This document shows, one piece after another, positions 11,390 through 22,782 of a DNA stretch of 64,000 nucleotides. Under the pieces are notes generated by a model that was not told the origin of the DNA, made no database searches, and was given only the letters and a program-made list of their open reading frames with translations. The stretch is from NCBI GenBank assembly GCA_011109175.1, contig RDEW01000037.1:518842-582841 (forward strand), in the 5' to 3' direction. The DNA is from Dicyema japonicum. Taxonomy: Eukaryota; Animalia; Dicyemida. The position numbers and the translations under genes were made by a program. The number at the start of each line of letters is the position of its first letter. Position 1 is the first letter of the stretch.

Positions 11390-12552
11390 TTAAAAAATAG
11401 GAAAATATTCCATTGGTCTTATTATATTTCGGCATTTTATGACAAATGTGATGACTCCAATTATTGTAAGTGTTAGAACAGATAGCATAATTCCTATAAT
11501 TATAAAATTTTTTGAATGATTAGAATTTGTATTTTTTCCTTCTTCAAAACACTCCGACTCTAAAATTCAGGAAAAATCAAACCTTTTCCAGTATAATGGG
11601 ATTTAAATTCACTCCGAATAATTTGTACCTTAAATGATAAAAACTCAGCATATATGTCATCAGAAAATTTAGTGAGAGACAATTCGAAGTTACAGGAATA
11701 TCCAACATCAATCAATTTGCTCTTATTAGGACTCCAAGACCCATTATAGATTTCATTGATGACTATCTGAATATTGGAGATATAATATTTGTTTTGAGAC
11801 AAAATAAATGTAAAAAGTATTTCTAAATTTCCCCTTTTAAAAGATAACTCAGCACCATTGTTATCAAAATTAATCATCGAATCCATATTCTCAAAAAAAA
11901 CTAAGAAAGCATCAATCTAATATTAAAATATGCAATTTACCATTTTAACACTGTGATTATAAAAAAATGTGATTTTAAAATACCCACTTAATATTCCTTT
12001 CAGTCGATTTTCCGCAAAAAAATACCAATATCGAACATTTGGGTCGTTAGATGGATCACAGTCATGTGCTGAATTAAATTATATCAAACCTTTTCCAATT
12101 AAATGTGGATTTGATTGTTTAATGTAATGTTTTAACACCAAAGAATATAATGTGAGAGTATTACCATTCTCAAAATTTACGGACATAAATCCGCATCTGT
12201 AATAATCTCCATGTTTAATATTTGTAAGATTTGTTGTATTTGTGTAGGTTTTATTATCTTTGAGTGTTAACTATTAAATACTAGAATTTAATTCTATTTT
12301 TATTGAGATGTTGTAAAATTTGTCTGTGAATTCAATAAAAAAATGGTAGATCAAGTTTTTTATTTTGACTGTAATTGGCATTTCATCATAAGACTGGAAA
12401 GAAATAATTTCAGTTGAATAATTGTTTTTCTACCATTATTATTTATAAAATACATTTGTAAGTGTACTTTTCAATAAACTTTTTACATATACTGACATTC
12501 GATGATTAAAGTCTAAATTCGTGATTGAGGACAAAAATATTAACAACAACAT
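11390..12552 (-). CDS. LAMP-like type I membrane glycoprotein, about 348 aa, 6 exons
   Basis: Removing GT-AG introns 12430-12453, 12258-12281, 12069-12089, 11917-11940 and 11560-11582 gives one open frame: hydrophobic N-terminus (MLLLIFLSS), many N-x-S/T sites, two repeats with GDYYRC...IGKAHDC and VGYSC...TGKESEC, a TM helix (IIIGIMLSVLTLTIIGVITFVI), and a short tail ending YFPIF* (YxxPhi). The LAMP assignment is from motif pattern, not a search. Confidence 0.78.
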
Positions 12553-12960
12553 AATTATGTAAAATGAACACGTCGATGTGTATAATTTAGGTCACTTGTT
12601 ATATTAATGAATTTTTTTTTAATAATTTCAAACAAATGATATTTATTTTAATTTTATAATTATATTTATTTTCATGAATTCATTAATCAAGAAACTTTTA
12701 TTTATTCTGCAATGTTAACCGTTTTTAAGAATTTCATGGTATTTTATCGTAATCCACCATAAGTCATTCTGTTTTGTAGGAATCTTTAATGATCGAAAGA
12801 AAATTTAATCAGCGATATTCGTAAAATATCAAAATAACTATTTTATTACACAATCGAATAAATATTTGTTGTCAATTGACTTAATTATATTATTATAAAG
12901 CACAACGTCTTGTCATTGGAAATGACAAAACCAGTGCAGTACCAAACATTAATTTTTTAG

Positions 12961-13530
12961 TTAATTTTCTCCACTTTCCAAATCCTGAGCCAAATCCCTC
13001 AAGTAATCCATATCACCAGCTATAAATAGGAGTGCGGAGTCGGCCAATTCTAAATATAAATCAGATAAATCTGAGTAGAAGTCATCAAATAGAACCGGAT
13101 TTTTGTTAATCCAACCACTGTGAGGTGCGTATACATTGATATTGGAGACAATGTCAGTGCTTGCTTTGGCATTCATAAACTTCATTTGTAGAACTCCGAT
13201 GCGGTCATTAACTGCCCATACTCTGTAGTTATGGGGGAGAAATTCCATTTTGATGGCAAAACCCAGTCCATAGTGCCTGTTGACAGTCGGGAGAAAGATC
13301 AATTTGAATTTACCACATGTTTCTTCGTGGTTATCTTGGATTTTGGTTTCCTGTAGGCAACCGATTGCGACATCGTAATTATGTAGGTCTTGACAGAGGG
13401 AGGTCTTTTTCCAAGAAGAGGTTAGGCCTCGGACGTTGAATGAGAGCAGCGAGAATTTCTCCAAAAGATAAGGTTTGTACTTTTCAGACATGTTAATACT
13501 TTATTAGTGCCACGTCACCATCTCAACTAA
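12961..13530 (-). mobile_element. RTE-type LINE 5' fragment (APE domain only)
   Basis: SFNVRGL, GCLQETK, HYGLGFAI, NVYAPH and FIAGD motifs; conserved 5' motif at 13513-13530. Confidence 0.9.
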
Positions 13531-14197
13531 AAAATTGACTTAATGTGTCTTTTAATTGAAAACGTATTTCTTTTAAATCGTCAGGAAAAATGGGATCTCA
13601 ATTTTGAGACTGTCTACTACTTTTTAACTGTTTGTTTTTTGTATTAAAACGATTTCATTAAAAAAATATTAATTCTAGGAGAATATTCATCATCTAAAAT
13701 TGAATGTTTTCATAAACTTATTTTATTGAAATTATACAATTTTATTAATTTAACAGCCCTTTCGGAAGAAGTATGTATTGTTTCCATAAATTAAACCTCA
13801 CCTTAGGCAAAAGGCACACTTTATTTTAGAGTAATACCAGTAATGTTAATTAATTAAAAGCATATCTAAGACATTGAAAAATTAATTGATTTTTTTCTTG
13901 TTTGTGAGAACCAGAAAAGAATTCAGTTCCGCAGTGATGATATGTTTGCTAATAACGGCGTTNCGCTCTGTTCTGCGTTATAAAATTAAAGCTCGACTCG
14001 GAGATTTTTGTTTATGTCTTCAACTCCACAATACTTCCTGGAATGTTATATGGTTTAGAAGGATAATCTTATTAGAGGTTTCGTAAACCGCATTAAAGTA
14101 TCTGTTACTAATCTTCAGAGGCGACCCTGTGTTTAGAGAGTTTTTTGGAACTTCCCCCATCACTTAATTTCCAGTGTTTAAATTAATTAAAATAAAA

Positions 14198-14500
14198 TTG
14201 GTTGAGGTGGTGACGACGCCTTTATTGCACTATATTTTATTCATATTCCTTACCGATTTCTCCGTTCACTCTGGGATCTTTTAATTTCAAGGAACTTAAA
14301 CAACCTTGCAAGAAACACCAACTGGTATGCGATCTAACAAAATACGACGTCTCTGTCTGCTGTCTACAAGAGACAGGATCTTTTAATTTCAAGGAACTTA
14401 AACAACCTTGCAAGAAACACCAACTGGTATGCGATCTAACAAAATACGACGTCTCTGTCTGCTGTCTACAAGAGACAAAAACGACCGGTCTACAAGAGAC
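14198..14500 (+). mobile_element. Degenerate RTE 5' fragment with an internal 102-bp duplication (14274/14376)
   Basis: 5' motif TTGGTTGAGGTGGTGACG, then PISPFTLGSFN...SVCCLQET, homologous to the start of the 26653 ORF. Confidence 0.85.
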
Positions 14501-14765
14501 GAAACTTAACTAATTTTATGTTTTCTCGGGAGTGATTTTAGTGCAACTATCCTTCTTCCCTGTCCGGTAATGAAGTTTGCAATCCAAATTTTTAATTTGT
14601 CTGAACTGTCTGCTTGCCCAGAGTAGACATGAGGTTATTCCATACTCTCTTGCTTCTTGGTGTAGTTTCTGATCTCCTTCTCCAAAGCACGAATGCCCAT
14701 TCTCACTATTAAACTAGTGTGGTATCAAGGGTCTTGAAGTTAGCCGTGTTGAAACCATATAAATA

Positions 14766-14941
14766 ATATTCGACCAACTCAACAAACTTTCACCATTCGA
14801 CTTTTATGTAGTCAGTGAATAATATGGGCTTTCTTTCAGAAGAAACTCTTCATATATTCGACCAACTCAACAAACTTTCACCATTCGACTTTTATGTAGT
14901 CAGTGAATAATATGGGCTTTCTTTCAGAGGAAACTCTTCAT
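14766..14941. repeat. 88-bp tandem duplication
   Basis: ATATTCGACCAACTCAAC starts at both 14766 and 14854. Confidence 0.9.
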
Positions 14942-15179
14942 TTAAGCGGGATAAGTATTGTGTTGTGGTCACTTCTGAAATTGTAATGCATCATCCAATT
15001 GGTTAGTAGGGCAATGTTCTGGAAGCAATTGTAAGGTTCGGAAAGGACGTCCTGTCGTTAAGGAGTTTTTTATTCAATAGTTGGTTGTTTAAAAACATTA
15101 GGTTATCCAAATTCGATGATATTTGGTCACCCCTGGTATCTTTTAACTGATCCTTGAATCAATCTGATTGTAAATCCTC

Positions 15180-16560
15180 GCATGGCCCCTGATTCATTTC
15201 TTCTGCAGCTCGTCCAGGTAGTCTTATGTTTTGCAGCATGCGCAAACGCAGTGTTACACAGGAATAGACCAAATGCCCGGCAGAAATTTATCAGCAGAGG
15301 CCGCGGCAGGTTCCTGATCTCTCTTCCGTATCTTCCGATAGTCGACTTATGTTCCCGACATACTTCTGCTTTAGCATTCTAGTCTCCGGCAATGAACACT
15401 AGAAAAGACGATTCCAGTTCGGCATATGTTCTCGACACCTGCATGTAGAAAGCTTCAAGTTCGTCCGAATCTTTGGCGACCCGTCCACTGTTGGGTGCCT
15501 AAACATTTATAATTGAGATAAGTGCCCTCGATGTGCGTTTGACCCCAACCCGTATTCTGTTCAGATATATGTAAAAAGTTATAAGTGACGTAAAATAGGT
15601 TGTTGAATTTAACTTTTTTTTAGTTGCACATGAGAAGTCTGATCTGGTGAGGATAACTGGATGCAGGAGGCTGGCTAACCTAAAAAACTCGTTGCAATAC
15701 AAACGCTACGAACGATCTGTTCTGCGTTATAAAATTAAAGCTCGAGTCGGAGACCTTTGTTTATGTCTTCAACTCCACAAAACTTACTGGAATGTTATAT
15801 AGTTTAGAAGGATAATACGACTCGAAAAGGAAAGACATAATTTTAAAGAAATTTTAGAAAACGCGTAATTTTTCTCTATAGCTTGCTTTCGGAATAAGTC
15901 TCGTATGCAATTCCCCTATGGTTGGAAGGAAAAATGTTGAAGGTTGGCGGAAATATCGAAAATCTTATTCGAGGTTTCGTAAATCGCATTAAAGTATCTG
16001 TTACTAATCTTCAGAGACGACCCTGTGTTTAGAGAGTTCTTGAGAACTTCCCCCATCACTTAATTTCCAGAGTTCTTGAGAACTTCCCCCATCACTTAAT
16101 TTTCAGGTTTCTTCTGTTGAGCAGACGGATTGCAGTGAACATTTTTGATGAGGCTTTTAACTGTTCAACTTCTGCAGCTCTTAGATCAAGTAGGTTAGTG
16201 GCGTGCTTCTTATTCAAAATCTTTATGGTTTTCTGGGTGGATCTTTTTCTAGACTTCAAGATTTGTTTCCTGTCCGGATCATACGTATTTTCCAGTTGTA
16301 ATCTTAGTTCCTTTGTTCTTTAATGAGGGCGGGAACATCTGGATGTATACATTTTTTAAACAGTGCTGGGGACAGGTTCCGATACTCCCATTTGCTGCCG
16401 AGAGGATGCCTTTCATTGTCTCCTCCCAGGCGCCTCTTGGAGGAAATCCGGGATCCAGGTTTCTGAAAAATTTCGTAGTTGATATTTGGTAGTTGTCTCT
16501 GATCGATGTAGAGTAACACAGTTGTTCCATTTTATAGCTTCTTCTTACATCTACGTTTGG
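15180..16560 (-). mobile_element. Scattered degenerate RTE fragments
   Basis: IINV*APNSGRV..DELEAFY..FIAGD at about 15370-15520, matching the RTE APE domain; further ORF2-like remnants at 16100-16560. Confidence 0.6.
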
Positions 16561-16625
16561 CTCTCTTCTTATTAGAATATAATTATTATTTTATTTAAAC
16601 ATGTGATTTTTGTGTTGCTATTGAT

Positions 16626-16990
16626 ATGGTCAAATTGAGTTAGTTTATATTGTTTAAAAATTATATCTAAATAAAAAGAAAATGTTCATCTTTTAAAGTA
16701 GCAAAAATTATTAAGAAAAGAGTTTTTAATTATATTTGATAATAACTACGTAGGCTCGTCAGCATAAAAAAGTAACAAGGGATTGCAAGAAAAAACAAAT
16801 TAAAAAGTCACATCACCAAAGGATCCAGGAGTTCCTGCACGATTTCCCGCCAAAATTAAATTTTGGAGGAAGCACGTGTAGAAAAACAAAGACTCGCTCT
16901 TGTGAAAGATCAGCAAAATGAGGAAAAGAAAAAGAAAAAGAAAATGAAAACAATCGATTTTTCCAAAGATTCTTTCTGTGATTAAATTTA
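16626..16990 (+). pseudogene. GNL3: GNL3/nucleostemin (Nug1/Grn1) N-terminal fragment, frameshifted, no GTPase domain following
   Basis: KRKCSSFKVAKIIKK|32-nt intron|ARQHKKVTRDCKKK..(1-nt shift)..PKDPGVPARFPAKIKFWREARVEKQRL resembles the GNL3 N-terminal KDPGVPN.APFK..LREAE.RKQRL segment. Confidence 0.75.
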
Positions 16991-18029
16991 GTTTTTTTAA
17001 ATAAATTCTTTAAATTGTAATTATTTGTTAAAAAATATTATTATTAAAAAATTATTTTTTCATTCTAAATAAATAATTTATTATCAATAATATTTTTTCG
17101 TGCGTTTTTTGAAATTTCTTATTTGATAGATGACATCCGTTGAGTTATCATGGTTTCGAAAAATGCTTTATATTTTGAGCTAGCTTTATTGCAAATATTG
17201 TTATTAGTTTCATTGATAGAATAGGTAGATACTTTATTATTAAAAGAAATAGATCGCAATGGATACAGAATTCAGAGGATTAATATCAAGGTTGATTGGT
17301 GTCAAATTTCAAGGTCAAAATGTAACACGATAGAATGTGTAACACGGATGGCTCGCGACACTTTGCTTGCAAATGATTGCAGTTGGACTGATTGTTTTAG
17401 CTTCAGTGGGATTCCTGGCAAAGATTTTACTTTGATTTATTATTGCAAAAATCGGAAGGTCACCAGTAATTAGTAAGGATTTATTTCTTTCTTTGTTTCC
17501 TAATAATACTAGACTTAATTTTAGAAATGTATGTGATATTAATTATACTATAATCAATAATCATTCATAATAGCATCTTTATCGGTCGATAATTATAAAT
17601 ACTTAATCAATTTCTATTTTTTACAAAGAAACGAATGTTTCAAATGTACGTACAGTTTTTGTTTGTAAATATTGAATTTTATTCAATTTTAATAAAACGA
17701 TCTGTTCGATCCATTGAAAAATTGATGCATCGCTTTATAAATAGTGGTGCAAGGGGTCAATATTTTCGAGGAAAAGACATCTTGTGTCCCATTATAGTCG
17801 ACCCCAACAGCCCACAAACTGACTTTACTTTCGGATCCTCTTTCTTTTTTTGGCGGCTTAATCTTTTCTCTTTAAATTAGTAACGAGTTTGTTTTTGGAT
17901 AATAAACTATTCTATCTATCTAGTTTTTTAATATTAATTTCCAAAACTTTATTGCATAACTTTTCATTTATATTTTTTGGCTTCTCATTAAACGTGAAAA
18001 AGAAAAATATTAAACAAAATTTGTTTAAA

Positions 18030-19420
18030 TGAAGAATTGCTCAAATCATTTACAACTTTACGTTTTTTCAATGGTTCATCTACTATGTACCACCTCCCTC
18101 TCTTTTTTACGACTTTCAATATAAAAATAAATTCTAGAGCAAACTTATTTGTGATATATTTGCCAATAATGTAATTGTCTTGCATTTTTTAGGCTTTTCT
18201 ATAATTTCTCTAGCGGGTGGCTCGAGGGACTCTTCCCTCTTGTTTAGAATCTACAGAAAATTTACAAAATAATATTTACTTCTTTAAGGGGTCTACAAAA
18301 AACTGAACAATTATCAATCCGAGCAGTTTCCTTAATATATTAAAATTAAAAAAAACTAAACCAAAGGACACGCATTCTTATCGACTTTTACTCGTTCTAA
18401 ACGATCGAGTACATTAGCTCCTCCAACGAGTCTAGAAATAAGTATATAATTAAGGTACCTTCCAAATACTGTATGTTTTCTATCCAGATATTCCAAATTT
18501 TTAAAAGTAATAAAACTAAAAAGTCAATAATCAAAAACTATAGGGTAAAATAACAGACACACGATATGTCCTATAACTTACAATTGTGACTGATTACTGT
18601 CTCGTTCAGCATTGGCCATAGATAGCAACCCTCGGCAATCATGTTTAACCAAACTCCTAAATTCATCAATAAATGGGTTTCAAAAACTCTGAACGACTTC
18701 CATCTCCATTAGGATCTCCCCCTTGGATCTGATTACACTAAAACTTTCAAAACCGAACCATAAAATTGGGAAAAGTCTATGGAACGGACAACCATCGTAA
18801 TATCCTTGTTGACACAAAAGTATGAAATTTCTACAGGCTCGAGGAAACTTTTAAAATAAAGACAAGTTAATAAAATACCAGATCACAGTATAAAAATTGA
18901 GATCACCAAAATTAGTTGAAGACGTACATACCCTTTTGCATCTTTCTTTAAAGTATTGTACAGAAACTCTTGTTCATCGATGAGGACTACAACATTCGTT
19001 ATGAAACAAATATGCCTATTTCTTGTGAGGTTTGAATATCCACAGCAGTTGATGTAAATGATGCTGCTATTCTGCTAGTCGTATAATTTGTCGAGTTAAG
19101 ACAATCTGGCTTTGGTGTGTTGATGACAGATTTGGCCTCTGTTGATTGTTCGTCATATTTCTTATAAAGTTCTGTAAGCACAGTTTGAGTAATGCTAATT
19201 AATTTGCGTAAATTCGTTTGATTATCTTTTTTTGTGAATGAAGAATCAACTATGTCGCAGTAAATTAATATTCTCTTACTTGAAGCGGCGTAGTCTGTCA
19301 GATTGTTTCGAATATGGTGAAAATTGGCAAAATTGTGTTTATCAAGATTGGAAGGGTCTTGAATATGAATCACATCTTTCCGAGTGAATGATTCATCTGT
19401 AAGAAGATCGATATGCTTGA
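18030..19420 (-). pseudogene. PPIL2: PPIL2 (CYP60) cyclophilin, 5'-truncated, several indels, micro-introns retained
   Basis: DLLTDESFTRKDVIHIQDP, AASFTSTA, KGYVRL..NFGDLN..YCDL|FPRACRNFI..C..GYYDGCPFHR..|IQGGDP, RGLLSMAN..SNQSQF|FITF..YLDRKHTVFGR|LVGG. Introns of 27-32 nt plus one of about 66 nt. The N-terminal U-box region is absent and a CRE fragment abuts the break. Confidence 0.9.
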
Positions 19421-19422
19421 TT

Positions 19423-19715
19423 TGGGATGGCGCCTACCCTGACACTTTTCCACAGTAGAGACTTTTTCGTTGAAAGCTGGAGAGGTTGCTCAGACTTTAG
19501 AGAATTTCAAGATAAGAAAATAAGAGTCTCTACACCAGATTCCATGTACAGCTTGTTGTAGTCGAGACGAGCGGAGTATTCGTTCCCAAGACGGCCTCTA
19601 TTCTAAGATTGCTTGGTTCAGTGAAACCGAAAGTGAGTATTGAGCGTCGGAAAATCGATTGGCTATTCCAGAAAATTTCTCTGGCAGTTTTCAGGGAAAC
19701 AGCTATTCCATTCTC
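19423..19715 (+). mobile_element. CRE-clade RLE C-terminal fragment
   Basis: WD..Y.DTF, VVETSGVF.PKT, WLFQKISLAV..GNS across broken frames. Confidence 0.7.
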
Positions 19716-20584
19716 TTAGCTGGATGATTATTTTTGTGTGTAAAGAAACAAAAAATTGAAATTTTAAAATAAAAGTAATAAATAAGCTTATTAAACACAT
19801 TTTAATTTCTAAAACCAAATTATTAAAAATGCAATTTTGGGCTTAAAACATGCACTTTTTCTGGTGACTTATCGACTATTTAAGCAAAGATAGAGCAACC
19901 TAATGGAAAAAGTTACTCTGATTTCCTAAAAGTTATATCGATTTTATCACTATGAATAATTTTCATCATGCCAAATTTTTAGGACATGAATATCACCAAA
20001 GATATGAATAGCAAACTAATGGTTTATGAAGAGTCATTAACTTAGTGATCCCAATTGTCAGAGTTACCTCCACTTGAATAGGGAAGAGGAAGCCAGGTAC
20101 TGGGAGTCATCTTCGACAGGTAATCACTTAGGAATTGATAAAGTATAGAGCAGAATGGAATTCTTTAATTAATATGGGATGAAGTCGCGAATTTATTTAA
20201 CTTAAATCGAATTAAAAAACTAATAAATAAAATAAAATTGATTTTTAGTAGGAAAATTTGAAATTAATAGGTTTTAATAAAAAATTAACCCGATAGTTAT
20301 TGTTAAGATGTCATAATGGTTCTGCTACTTCGCCCAAGAAAATGCAGTTTTCTCTGTCGTCCCTACCCACGTTCAGTCAGCCGTATAAACATCCAGCATG
20401 CGACATTTGCCGGAACCCTACAAGGGAATCTACATTGGGAACGAAGGTAAAATGACCGCACACCACCTGGCCTTCCCTGGAACAAGTAAATGATGTCACC
20501 CTAATAACACAAAGATCATGGAAAGTCAGGGTAAACCTTACTTCCGCATTTAGAGACCAAATGTCACTACCTACGAGGTCACTC

Positions 20585-21830
20585 AACGTATAGTAACCTG
20601 TTTAGTCTGTCCCAATCTGTCAAAACGATCACACATTTGATCCACCACGGCAAGATTCCTTCCAAATACCCCCAAACGATAACCAATACAAGTCCATTAG
20701 AAATCTAAATTGAGCCCTTAAAACCAGCCTTCGTCGATAGAAGCATAATCTCTAATGAACCACCATTACCCTAACGTTATCACCACGTGTAAAGTCATGT
20801 ATATATTCTGCCGTGAAAGACTGTATAGTTGACTATGAAGTAACAAAACAGAATATTTAGTGATTTATGTCTTTCTGCAACAAAATGTAGAATCTTAACT
20901 CACTGAGAGACCTCAATACTAATATGACCCTATAAATAACCATTAGAGTTTTCTTCAATAGTGTGACGATCTCCCCTAGCTAATCCTGACCCTACAATCA
21001 TACCTTAGTAGTGTTCATTGACTCTTTGTCCTACAATAGTTAACATAGACTATACCATATAGTCCCACATGTCGACAACATTGTTGGAGACGAAGGAAGG
21101 ACATCAATAAATGGGAATTATTAACGCTAGATCTACCACATTAGAGTAAATATACTTAAATCTATGATATAAAAGTCGTTCTTGTGGGATAAATCGATAA
21201 AATGATTACAGAATACTTTAGAAGGGAGACTAATGGCTGTACTTAAACCTTCTTAGGACAAACTTACTAACAAACAAGTCAAACAAAAGTTTAGCAGTAA
21301 CGGAGGCCCACTAACACACTTACTCCAAAAGTAGTGGTTATTGTCAGGAGCAATCCTTAAGAATGACACGAGCGAGTAAGGTCATCAAATCTGTTCTGTA
21401 TAGGATTGCCAGTAATAGTCCATTTTGAGTGAGAAGATAGACAGTACAGTCTTAGTAATCACAGAGCGTCTATTTTTGATAACATATGTTCATCAATGAT
21501 AATTATTAGAGTTAATATTAAGCGTGTCAGTCCTAACGATCCCATAGATAGTCAATACTAAACGTTACCACCAACCCCACTATATATTATTACTCTAGTG
21601 ACCCTCTTTAATTACCCCTATGAGATACTATCACTCTAAGATTACTAAATCTAGCAATCTCTCGCTTCCATTGGTTAAATATTGATAACGGGCATATTAT
21701 CAAGTTTTTGCCTCCCATTAGTAGAAATAGGCAATTATAGTCACTCTTCCTCCATTTCATCCAACCCAACGTCAATAAAACTATCCTCATTACAACTTAA
21801 TCCCATTATACTTTATTGTTGCTCTAGTCC
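20585..21830 (-). pseudogene. Compact SNF2/SWI2-family ATPase pseudogene
   Basis: Motifs in order: LIICPLSIFNQWKREI (Ia), VLTIYGIV, IIIDE..IKN (II), WTITGNPIQN..DDL (III), MLLSTKAG.GLNL (V), DRFDRLGQTKQV (VI); multiple frameshifts. Confidence 0.85.
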
Positions 21831-21935
21831 TATGATAATTCTTTTTCTACTTTATTATTTTCTTTATATATTCTCTGTAATCAATTGTTGTTTATTTATT
21901 AAATTTGTTTTACTTTGGCTAACCTATATTTTAAT

Positions 21936-22254
21936 TAAAAAAACAATGCACTTACCGAGGAGCTATATCAGCTATTGCTCCCCTCAAACAAAACACACTT
22001 TATTTTAAGCAAAGAACAGTTATCAAAGCTAATCGATGAGGAGAATTAAGGAAATCTCTTCAATTCTTTGTTTTCTTTTTTCGGGTGTATGCCCTATATA
22101 GACGATCCGGTTCCGCCGTGAAATGTCTACTGATGACGGCGTCACTCGTCAAGCCAAAGCATATTGATGCGTGAAACCTTCAACCGAATGTACAGTATCG
22201 GGATTCGAACCAGCGACCTTAAGGCCTCTTGCCCAGTAATCGTTACACTGAGCC
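21936..22254 (-). mobile_element. tRNA-derived SINE family 1 with probable 10-bp TSD ATATTTTAAT
   Basis: A-box TGGCTCAGTG and B-box GGTTCGAATCC; body GGCTTGACGAGTGACGCCGTCATCAGT; TSD at 21926-21935 and 22255-22264 (AT-rich, so weaker support). Confidence 0.85.
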
Positions 22255-22465
22255 ATATTTTAATAATATTCTCGACGAATTAATATATTATTGTTTATTT
22301 GTGAGGATTTGTCGTCATTCCAAAGTAATCCAAGTGACCATTTAATACTTAAAATACAAATCTTAGTTTATTAAACTACTTTTCTAACTCACATCCATAT
22401 TTGTCCATTTAGCACCAGTATCACTTAGTCTTTGATTATTGAAAGTTTGTTTTCATTTCTGCATA

Positions 22466-22782
22466 TTAATAATAATGATAACAGCCTTTTTCACGGAGCC
22501 GTGGTATTAGCTCCGCATAGGCAGGACACACACTTTATTTAAGTAAAGAACAGTTAATTTTAACTAATCGTAGAACCAAGGAATGATCTTCACTTCTTTT
22601 TATTGTCTGAGTGTCCTTTCTAGACAATCCAGTTCCGCAGTGAGAGTCCACTGATGACGGCGTCACTCGTCAAGCCTTTTTAGCATCGTAGATGCGTGGA
22701 ACCTTCCACCAGGTGAACAGCAGCGAGATTTGAACACGTAACCTAAGTCACTTTAGCCCGACACCTAACCAACATGCCACCC
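22466..22782 (-). mobile_element. tRNA-derived SINE family 1, full length
   Basis: GGTGGCATGTTGG head, GTTCAAATC B-box variant, shared body, 3' hairpin and (ATT)n tail. Confidence 0.88.

Noticed and set aside
12271-12294. Non-canonical GA-AG intron in the LAMP-like gene
   Set aside because: A canonical 24-nt GT-AG intron at 12258-12281 restores the same frame.
17170-17480. Small Cys-rich secreted-like protein on the plus strand
   Set aside because: In-frame TAG and no consistent start or splice solution; cannot be supported.
22132-22190. Hammerhead ribozyme suggested by CTGATGA in SINE-1 (also at 22652 and 51225)
   Set aside because: It lies antisense to the Pol III direction, there is no stem II closed by GAAA, and the downstream GAAA is not conserved between copies.
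22190-22258. Genuine tRNA genes (also 22715-22782, 30670-30740, 51290-51350)
   Set aside because: A and B boxes are present but no consistent cloverleaf or anticodon arm, and each is followed by the SINE body.
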